Source: a bacterium UBP8_UBA817
GTDB lineage: Bacteria; Margulisbacteria; Marinamargulisbacteria; SXXA01; SICP01
DNA length: 64,000 nt
Assembly (NCBI GenBank): GCA_945898045.1
Contig: CAMDGG010000005.1
Span: 13,298 to 77,297 of the forward strand
Reading direction: 5' to 3'
In this document: one piece after another, positions 56,902 to 64,000 of the stretch
Numbering within the stretch: the first letter of the stretch is position 1
How the letters are laid out: every line of letters starts with the position of its first letter
Notes under the pieces: generated by a model
Seen by the model: the letters and a program-made list of their open reading frames with translations, nothing else
What the model was told of the DNA's origin: nothing
Database searches by the model: none
Position numbers and translations under genes: made by a program

Positions 56902-57189
56902 AAGGGCCTTATTTTTTGATAACTTTTTCAAAATAGTCCGCCCGATGTAATTATCGGAAAATAAAATTCAAAATTGCACCCACGAATCTTGATGAATGTG
57001 AGGATGAAGATTAGAGACCTTAAACACATAGACACCGAGTGACAAACATGGACAGGCTGAAGTAGTACGACAAGAACCGTCTGAATCAGGATTTTCAGGA
57101 TTTAGGGATTTATAGGATGGGAGAAGTGGATAGTTAGTATTGAGCAGATGTTTTTATTTACCAAAAAACTCAGTCTTAGTGGACAAAAG

Positions 57190-58155
57190 CTAATACATGG
57201 CAAAAGAATCTAACCCTGGAATAGGTGCAACTTGATTTACAGGAGACTCTAGCGGTTGAATGAATAGCTGCTTAAGGTCTTTTTTGAATTTAGAATGGCC
57301 TAAAAACAAGCGCCAATTATTTTTCAGAAGATGCACCACAATAGCTTCGCCATTCACATTTTTTTTGAGCTCATCAAGAATAGCTTGTCTCTCAACTACC
57401 TTATTAGGTGATGCAAACATTTTACGAATTTCTCCTTTAAGAATAGGCACTCCTAGTAATGGGGAAAAAGCATCAGGAGAAGACAATTGCACTTGATGAC
57501 GCTCCAAAGTCCCCAAAGGAGTTGATGTAGCACAAGGAAACTCAACAGAAAAAGAATCCACACTTCCATTATCATAGCCAGAGTCACCATCACTCTTGTT
57601 CAACCCTTTTAAAAATATCATCAGCCGACTTCGATTCTCATCAACTTGAAAGAATTTCAAAGCATTTAATAACTTAACAAAGTTCTCCGCATTTTGCTTT
57701 TCAAAAGAAGAAATCACTCGGATTTTACTGTCTTCTAAAATATTTAAAGTCTCCACAAAATTAGTAAAACGACCTAAAAGTTTAGAATCAAAATCTGGCG
57801 AGCTAAAAATAGGCAACAAAATAGGATTTAAATCTTCGCTTTTAAAATTAGGTTCTAAAGGACGCAACGCAGTATATAACCGTAGCAACTCTGCTCCAGA
57901 CTCTTTAAAAACTATCGGAAAAGCAGCACTGTAGAACGCAAGCATATGCTGAAAAGTTTCACCCGTCTCCTTTTGAAAAGGGAATTTCAACAATTCTGTC
58001 TTAGCATGCTCCGGAATATTAAGCTTCAATAAAAATGCAGAAAAATTATTTGCAGATTTTTCTGTATAAACTTTTAAAAGCTTTTGATCAGTAGATAATT
58101 TACCTTGTACCACTTTATCATTTATAGCCACTACCTTAAAAAATATTTTTCCCAC
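57190..58155 (-). CDS. hypothetical protein, orphan family member P2
   Basis: 321 aa. GTG start with AAGGAA 5 nt upstream. C-terminal LLKNNWRLFLGHSKFKKDL. About 20 nt around GGCCAYTCTAAATTYAAA are nearly identical to P1. Confidence 0.5.
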   Translation of the reverse strand: MGKIFFKVVAINDKVVQGKLSTDQKLLKVYTEKSANNFSAFLLKLNIPEHAKTELLKFPFQKETGETFQHMLAFYSAAFPIVFKESGAELLRLYTALRPLEPNFKSEDLNPILLPIFSSPDFDSKLLGRFTNFVETLNILEDSKIRVISSFEKQNAENFVKLLNALKFFQVDENRSRLMIFLKGLNKSDGDSGYDNGSVDSFSVEFPCATSTPLGTLERHQVQLSSPDAFSPLLGVPILKGEIRKMFASPNKVVERQAILDELKKNVNGEAIVVHLLKNNWRLFLGHSKFKKDLKQLFIQPLESPVNQVAPIPGLDSFAMY

Positions 58156-58198
58156 TTAATTTCCTTAAACTACCCCCCCCATCCTTTTTTTAATAAAA

Positions 58199-59086
58199 TT
58201 AACCTAATAAAGACACCAAAACAGCTTTCTGTGCATGCAACCGATTCTCAGCCTGATCAAACACCACCGACTGTTCACTCTCAATCACACCATTCGTCAC
58301 CTCTTCACCACGATGGGCTGGCAAACAGTGCATGAAAATTGCTTTTGAATCAGCAATAGAAAACAAAGACTCAGTTATAGAATACGACGCAAAATCTTGC
58401 AAACGCTTAATACGCTCAGCCTCTTGCCCCATCGACGTCCACACGTCCGTATACACCACATCCGCACCCTGAATCCCTTCTACAGGATCAGGCGTCAATC
58501 TGACATTGGACGATCTAACAATAGACGGAAAATATCCCTCAGGACACACCACCGTCATCTCTAAATCTAAGATCTCGGCAGCTGCCATCAGTGACTGACA
58601 GACATTGTTTCCATCACCCATATAACATAACTTAATCCCTTCCAAACGGCCTTTATGCTCCAGAATCGTCAACATGTCTGCCAACACCTGACAGGGATGA
58701 TTGTAATCCGATAGGCCATTAATCACTGGCACCGTAGAAAATTCTGAGAACTGCTCAATATCAGCATGGGATTTCGCACGAAACATCACCCCATCCACAT
58801 AACGCGACAACACACGAGCCACATCTTGCACCGGTTCACGATCACCAAGACCCACTTCATCACCTTTCAAATAAATCGCATGCCCACCCAATTGCAACAT
58901 GCCCACTTCAAACGAAATACGTGTGCGCGTCGAAGGTTTCTCAAACAACATACCTAATACTTTTCCAGATAAGACAGAAACAGCCTTTCGGTCTCGCAGC
59001 GCCTGTTTTAAATCAACAGCTTCCTTGAGAAGCCCCATAATGTCGTCTTTAGAAAAATCTTCCAATGCCAAAAAATGTTTTAACAT
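58199..59086 (-). CDS. argF: ornithine carbamoyltransferase
   Basis: Motifs STRTR, HPCQ and HCLPAHRGEE. Confidence 0.85.
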   Translation of the reverse strand: MLKHFLALEDFSKDDIMGLLKEAVDLKQALRDRKAVSVLSGKVLGMLFEKPSTRTRISFEVGMLQLGGHAIYLKGDEVGLGDREPVQDVARVLSRYVDGVMFRAKSHADIEQFSEFSTVPVINGLSDYNHPCQVLADMLTILEHKGRLEGIKLCYMGDGNNVCQSLMAAAEILDLEMTVVCPEGYFPSIVRSSNVRLTPDPVEGIQGADVVYTDVWTSMGQEAERIKRLQDFASYSITESLFSIADSKAIFMHCLPAHRGEEVTNGVIESEQSVVFDQAENRLHAQKAVLVSLLG

Positions 59087-59089
59087 TAT

Positions 59090-59965
59090 TTACACCACAT
59101 CTTGGGTAATCATTGTCCCAATCCCCACATCAGTAAATACTTCCAAAAGAACGGCATGTTCAATACCACCGTTAATAATATGGACACAATTAACGCCACC
59201 CTTAAGGGCCTCAATCGAACACGTTAATTTAGGAATCATGCCCCCTTTAATATCAGGGTGAGAAAGCAACGCCTCCGCTTGGGTCAACGTCAGCCGTTCT
59301 ACCAACTCCCCTTCAATTAACACACCGGGAACATCCGTTAAATAAATCACCTTTTCAGCTTGCATCGCAGCCCCAATACCCTCGGCCACATGATCTGCAT
59401 TCATATTCAAGCTTTCGCCTTCTTGGCTACGTGCCACAGATGAAATAACAGGAATATAACCCTTCTCAGACAACGTATCCAAAAGCGTACAATCCACCGC
59501 TTCGATATCTCCCACAAGACCTAAATCTTGATACGTTTTAGATTGAATTTTCTTCGCAATAAACAAATCGCCATCTTTACCAGAAAGACCAACAGCCTTT
59601 CCGCCATGTTGATTAATAAGAGACACCAGCGCGTTATTGATTTTGCCAGAAAGCACCATTTCGGTAAGCTCCATAGTCTCAACATCCGTAAAACGAAGCC
59701 CATCAATAAAGACCGCTTCTTTACCCACTTTATTCATCCACTTAGAAATTTCTTTCCCACCACCATGGACAATAATCGGATTGATACCAACATATTTCAA
59801 AAGCGCAACATCAGCTGCAAACATATGCCGCAAATTGTCATCCACCATTAAAGAACCACCATATTTAATAATCATGGATTGGCCCTTAAATTTTTTAATA
59901 TACGGCAACGCCTCAACCAACGTACGAGCCTTAATAATTTTTTCTTCGATCCGCATGGCCATCAT
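59090..59965 (-). CDS. argB: acetylglutamate kinase
   Basis: IKYGGS and an AAK-family pattern. Lies in the arg cluster. Confidence 0.9.
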   Translation of the reverse strand: MMAMRIEEKIIKARTLVEALPYIKKFKGQSMIIKYGGSLMVDDNLRHMFAADVALLKYVGINPIIVHGGGKEISKWMNKVGKEAVFIDGLRFTDVETMELTEMVLSGKINNALVSLINQHGGKAVGLSGKDGDLFIAKKIQSKTYQDLGLVGDIEAVDCTLLDTLSEKGYIPVISSVARSQEGESLNMNADHVAEGIGAAMQAEKVIYLTDVPGVLIEGELVERLTLTQAEALLSHPDIKGGMIPKLTCSIEALKGGVNCVHIINGGIEHAVLLEVFTDVGIGTMITQDVV

Positions 59966-61150
59966 TTAAGAATACGCCGTATTGATATCAATATATTTAT
60001 TAGTCAAGTCACATCCCCATGCAGTGGCACGTCCATGGCCCAGATTTAAATCCAATAAAATAACGATCGTCTCTTTCTTTAAGACCGGTGCCAATTGTTC
60101 ACGAGTAGCCACGATTTCGCCCTCTTTGACAATCACTTGCTCATTAAAAAACAAAGACAATTTATCGGCACTAAATTTAACTTCAGGATCTTTTCCAGCA
60201 GCCATCAACACACGCCCCCAATTGGGGTCTTCACCGTGCATCGCTGTTTTTACCAAAGGCGAATTAACAATCAATTTAGCTACTTTACGTGCATCACGAC
60301 GAGACGATGCACCCACGACCTGTACTTCAATTAATTTCGTCGCCCCTTCCCCATCCCGTGCAATTTTTTTGGCTAAAATTTGACACGCTTCAGTCAATAA
60401 ATTTTGAAATGCCTCACGCTCTACTCTAGAAACAAGCTGGAATTTTTTCTCACCTGTCGCAAATAACAACGCCATATCGTTAGTGGACGTATCCGTATCA
60501 ACAGAAATCATATTAAACGATTCATCACACGCATCCTGCAAAATCACCTGAAGCTGCGCCTGAGGAATAGAGGCATTGGTTACCAAATAAGCAAGCATCG
60601 TCCCCATATTGGGTTCAATCATGCCGGAGCCTTTGGCAATGCCAGAAACCACAATATTTTTTTTGCCAATTTTGCAAGACACATGAACGATTTTATCGCA
60701 CAAATCCGTCGTTAAAATAGCATCCGAAACGGCATGGCCTTCTTTAACTGATGCATTCGCAAGAAGCGTATCTAGACCAGACAAGACTTTATCCATGGGA
60801 AGTTGAACCCCAATAATACCGGTCGATGCAACTGCTACTTCAGACGGTTTCAAATTTAAAAGTCTCGCCGCATGTTGAGAGGTTTTCTTGGCATTCGCAA
60901 GTCCAATCTTACCCGTACCCGCATTGGCATTTCCAGAATTAATAATTACGGCTTTAACAACCTGAGATTTCATGATTTTTTGTGTATACGTCAAACAAGG
61001 TGCAATAAATTTATTCAGCGTAAACACACCCGCACATGCCACAGCATTAGGCACATAAATATAGGCTAAATCACGTTTATTAGGTTTGATTCCAGCAGAT
61101 ATGCCATTCCCAAAAACACCTTCCAAATCCGTAAAAATGTCGTCTGCCAT
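59966..61150 (-). CDS. argJ: bifunctional ornithine acetyltransferase / N-acetylglutamate synthase
   Basis: Autoprocessing-site region GMIEPNMGTMLAYL. 394 aa. Confidence 0.9.
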   Translation of the reverse strand: MADDIFTDLEGVFGNGISAGIKPNKRDLAYIYVPNAVACAGVFTLNKFIAPCLTYTQKIMKSQVVKAVIINSGNANAGTGKIGLANAKKTSQHAARLLNLKPSEVAVASTGIIGVQLPMDKVLSGLDTLLANASVKEGHAVSDAILTTDLCDKIVHVSCKIGKKNIVVSGIAKGSGMIEPNMGTMLAYLVTNASIPQAQLQVILQDACDESFNMISVDTDTSTNDMALLFATGEKKFQLVSRVEREAFQNLLTEACQILAKKIARDGEGATKLIEVQVVGASSRRDARKVAKLIVNSPLVKTAMHGEDPNWGRVLMAAGKDPEVKFSADKLSLFFNEQVIVKEGEIVATREQLAPVLKKETIVILLDLNLGHGRATAWGCDLTNKYIDINTAYS

Positions 61151-61159
61151 ATCGCGCCC

Positions 61160-62182
61160 TTATAAATACGTCGCTACAGATTCTAAACCTGCCGACTCTT
61201 TCAACCCACAAATAATATTCATTAATTGGACAGCTTGTCCTGAAGCACCCTTGATCAAATTATCAATTGCAGAAAACACGACAATCTTCTTTTCTTTTTC
61301 AAAAACTTTTGCACTAATCAAACAATTATTAGATCCCACAACATACTTTGTGCTCGGCGTATGCAAGCCATGTCCCAAAATAATAAACGGCTCTTCACCA
61401 TAAGCATGGGCATAAATCTCATCTACTTTCGCCTGAGTCCAATTCAAATGATTGTCCAAATAAAGCGACGACAAAATACCTCGTTTCATTGGCATCAAAT
61501 GCGGAGAGAAAAAAACAGGTACCCCCAACACAGATTCCATCTCAGCAGTATGCCGATGCACCCCTGTACCATAAGCAGAAACACACTCATCTGCTTCACA
61601 AAACAAAGAACTTTCTTTCAAAGATCGTCCCGCACCTGTCACGCCAGATTTGGCATCCACCATAATAGACCCCGTATACCCCGCACGCACCAAAGGATGC
61701 GCCGCAAGTATCACACTGGTCGCATAACAGCCCGGAGCCGCCACAACGCGCGCCTCACGTATCTCTTCCCGAAACAATTCAGGAAACCCGGACGCCACAT
61801 GACCTAGAAGTTCAGCAGACGCATGACTGACACCATAATGTCGCTCAAACAAACGAACATCTGACAAACGAAAATCAGCAGAAAGATCAACAATTTTTAA
61901 ATGTTTATGCGCCAATAATTTGGGTAACACAACATGCGAATGCCCATGAGGCAACGCCAAAAAAAGCACATCAATATCGTTGGGTAACGTCTCGCTATCA
62001 AATGCTTCGTACTGAAGATGTGACAGACGGGTCAACTGTGGGTAAACAGAAGAAGCTGTTTTTCCCACAGAAGACATAGAAAAAAGATGCGTAATTAATA
62101 CATCAGGGTGCTGTAGAAGAATGCGACACAACTCAATACCCGTATACCCCGTCGCACCGACAATGCCAACTTTCACCATCAA
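61160..62182 (-). CDS. argC: N-acetyl-gamma-glutamyl-phosphate reductase
   Basis: GATGYTG and the active-site region APGCYATS. Confidence 0.9.
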   Translation of the reverse strand: MMVKVGIVGATGYTGIELCRILLQHPDVLITHLFSMSSVGKTASSVYPQLTRLSHLQYEAFDSETLPNDIDVLFLALPHGHSHVVLPKLLAHKHLKIVDLSADFRLSDVRLFERHYGVSHASAELLGHVASGFPELFREEIREARVVAAPGCYATSVILAAHPLVRAGYTGSIMVDAKSGVTGAGRSLKESSLFCEADECVSAYGTGVHRHTAEMESVLGVPVFFSPHLMPMKRGILSSLYLDNHLNWTQAKVDEIYAHAYGEEPFIILGHGLHTPSTKYVVGSNNCLISAKVFEKEKKIVVFSAIDNLIKGASGQAVQLMNIICGLKESAGLESVATYL

Positions 62183-62191
62183 GCTAAAACG

Positions 62192-62539
62192 CTATGCCTT
62201 GGTTTTAACGCGAGTAGCTTTAACGCCCACTCGGTCTCGCAAGTAATTTAATTTAGCGCGACGCACTTTTCCACGTTTTAAAATTTCAACATCAGGAAGC
62301 AAAACGGAATGCAATAAAAATGTTTTTTCAACACCAATTTTGTCGATGATTTTACGAACTGTAAAACTCAAACGAGACAAACGACCTGTAGTTTTAACAA
62401 CCACACCTTCAAATTTTTGAATCCGTTGTTTCTTACCTTCCAAAATAACAATAGAAACACGAACCGAATCCCCAACATTAACTTCTGGGATACTTTCTTT
62501 CATTTCTAACTTTTCAATTGCTTCAATGACTAGTGACAT
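62192..62539 (-). CDS. rplS: 50S ribosomal protein L19
   Basis: 115 aa and L19-typical (VGDSVRVSIVILEGKKQRIQKFEGVV). Confidence 0.92.
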   Translation of the reverse strand: MSLVIEAIEKLEMKESIPEVNVGDSVRVSIVILEGKKQRIQKFEGVVVKTTGRLSRLSFTVRKIIDKIGVEKTFLLHSVLLPDVEILKRGKVRRAKLNYLRDRVGVKATRVKTKA

Positions 62540-62541
62540 TT

Positions 62542-63273
62542 TTATTCCTCCTTCAATATCTCAACTAAAACGTGTTGATCTTTTTCTTCTAACGAGGCAT
62601 CCCAAAGTAAAGAGGGTTTTTGAAAAAGTGTTGCCTCTAACGATTTTCTCCGACGCCACGCTTCAATATTGCCGTGATGTCCGCTGACCAATACCTCCGG
62701 TACTGACAGACCATTTTCTAACTCCCTGGGGGCTGTATAATGCGGATATTCTAGAAGACCGTTTACAATAGAATCATCAACCGCACACTCTGCATTCCCT
62801 AAAACACCGGGAACCAACCGAGACACCGCTTCTGCTACTGCTAAAGACGGTAACTCGCCAGAGGACAAAATGAAGTTTCCTAAAGAAAACCTTTCTATCG
62901 ATAAGAGATCAAAAATCCGCTCATCGACGCCTTCATAATATCCACAAAAGAAAATGAGACCTTTGTCGTTTGCAAAAGACTCAGCCTGTCGTTGTGTAAA
63001 GACAGGCCCCTTTGGGCAAGCATATAATAGACGATAATCATTATATTGATCAATACTAGTGATAGCCCTGTATAAAACATCGGCTTTAATAAGCATTCCG
63101 GGCTTGCCACCATAAGGATAATCGTCCACTTTAGAATGTTTATCTAAAGCAAATTCACGCAAATCAACAAAAGAGAGTGAAACAATACCGCGTTCCGACG
63201 CACGCCCCATAATACCCTTACCCATATACTGAGATAAAGCATCGGGGAAAAGAGAGACGAAAATAAATTTCAT
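62542..63273 (-). CDS. trmD: tRNA (guanine37-N1)-methyltransferase
   Basis: 243 aa. Motifs DDYPYGGKPGM and CGYYEGVDER. Confidence 0.92.
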   Translation of the reverse strand: MKFIFVSLFPDALSQYMGKGIMGRASERGIVSLSFVDLREFALDKHSKVDDYPYGGKPGMLIKADVLYRAITSIDQYNDYRLLYACPKGPVFTQRQAESFANDKGLIFFCGYYEGVDERIFDLLSIERFSLGNFILSSGELPSLAVAEAVSRLVPGVLGNAECAVDDSIVNGLLEYPHYTAPRELENGLSVPEVLVSGHHGNIEAWRRRKSLEATLFQKPSLLWDASLEEKDQHVLVEILKEE

Positions 63274-63291
63274 AGAAAAAAAAGCGTCAAG

Positions 63292-63768
63292 CTATTGTGG
63301 TGTCATTGAAAATTGAGATCCAACAGCAATGATCTCTTCGACCACGCCATCTCGAATCACAATTTCCATACCCCCAAGCTTTTCATAGAGATTATCCCCA
63401 ACATTCACCGTCACAAAACCATCAATCTGGCCCTGCATGAAAAATGAATTGAGCTCTAGCCCCTGAAGGGAAGCCTTGCGTTGCGCCAAGTCTTGTAAAG
63501 ACTCTTGCAGCTGAGATTTCTCTAAAATCAGTTTCTCTCTCACGACAGGCTGAATGGTTGGCAGATTAATCTGTGCATCAATCGCCTCTAATCGTGTGCG
63601 TGTAAATTTAAATCCGTTTTCAAGCTCAAAATTCATGTAATCTTTAAACTTGTCTGTCACAACGACTTTTATCGAAACGGTACGTTTCAAGGTCACAGAC
63701 TTACTTGCATTTGGATCTGCTGTTTTAAGAACAGGTTTTAATTTTTGCATGTCTTTAGTCGTTGTCAT
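63292..63768 (-). CDS. YlqD-like protein (occupies the position where rimM is normally found)
   Basis: 158 aa. Beta N-terminus, a central coiled coil and a C-terminal VNVGDNLYEKLGGMEIVIRDGVVEEI resembling my recollection of the YlqD family. No RimM/PRC-barrel motifs. Confidence 0.4.
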   Translation of the reverse strand: MTTTKDMQKLKPVLKTADPNASKSVTLKRTVSIKVVVTDKFKDYMNFELENGFKFTRTRLEAIDAQINLPTIQPVVREKLILEKSQLQESLQDLAQRKASLQGLELNSFFMQGQIDGFVTVNVGDNLYEKLGGMEIVIRDGVVEEIIAVGSQFSMTPQ

Positions 63769-63778
63769 TTAAAAAATC

Positions 63779-64000
63779 CTAATCCGTAACAATTTCTACA
63801 GTAACGCGTTTATCATGTTTCGCAGCTGCAGCTTTGACTACAGTACGAATCGCATTTGCAATGCGCCCATCTTTACCAATAACTTTCCCAACATCATCAG
63901 GTGCAACACTGATTTCCAAAATGACGATTGTGTCCCCCGCTGTCTCTTTAATCACAACCTCATCAGGTGCATCCACTAACTCTTTAACGATTGTATATAC
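63779..64000 (-). CDS. KH-domain RNA-binding protein (YlqC/UPF0109-like), 5' end outside the window
   Basis: GKVIGKDGRIANAIRTVV is the KH GxxG motif. The reading frame stays open to the window edge. Confidence 0.7.
   Translation of the reverse strand, partial: VYTIVKELVDAPDEVVIKETAGDTIVILEISVAPDDVGKVIGKDGRIANAIRTVVKAAAAKHDKRVTVEIVTD

Noticed and set aside
1-64000. CRISPR arrays, tRNA or rRNA genes, IS elements, integrases, prophage genes
   Set aside because: No intergenic gap exceeds about 260 bp. I found no regularly spaced repeats, no cloverleaf-like GC-rich segments and no transposase or recombinase-like ORFs by eye. A tRNAscan or Infernal run would be needed for certainty.

Overview
This 64 kb window is a gene-dense chromosomal segment from an unidentified diderm bacterium. 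It has OM beta-barrel proteins, lipoproteins, Tat and system II cytochrome c biogenesis. GC is moderate to low by eye. I support about 66 CDS and found no rRNA, tRNA, CRISPR array, transposase or integrase.

The backbone is housekeeping operons, mostly on the minus strand:
- ftsB-like, miaB, mrp
- Rrf2, sufB, sufC, sufD, then sufS, sufU, nfu
- aceE, aceF, lpdA, with a divergent lipoate-ligase-like gene and tatC, tatB, tatA
- gmk, rpoZ, coaBC
- ccsB, ccsA, M20 peptidase
- argC, argJ, argB, argF, then argG, argH
- KH, ylqD-like, trmD, rplS
- ndk

Genes are packed with many start/stop overlaps (ATGA, TAATG). Every convergent pair abuts or overlaps at its 3' ends. The plus strand is C>G and A>T regardless of gene orientation, so synonymous codon choice differs sharply between strands.

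Visibly AT-richer accessory genes sit inside the housekeeping operons:
- three toxin-antitoxin modules (HEPN/MNT, HipBA, MazEF)
- two COG1373/DUF4143 AAA ATPases
- a DUF1016 PD-(D/E)xK nuclease
- a divergent pair of GNAT-like paralogs splitting the suf operon
- a kinase-like plus papain-like pair
- a lineage-specific orphan family sharing the motif LLKNNW-LFLGHSKFK in three proteins, with a weaker match in a fourth

The observations I rate highest:
1. A 23-bp duplication of the argG start flanks a single-gene ATPase cassette.
2. The orphan family, together with a 945-aa membrane protein that carries a degenerate AAA+ module.
3. A PP2C gene whose two halves use different synonymous codons.
4. 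An alanine/glycine:cation symporter with a roughly 200-aa loop insertion and strand-discordant codon usage.
5. hipBA heading a four-gene overlapping operon.

All functional calls rest on motif reading by eye. No database search was run.
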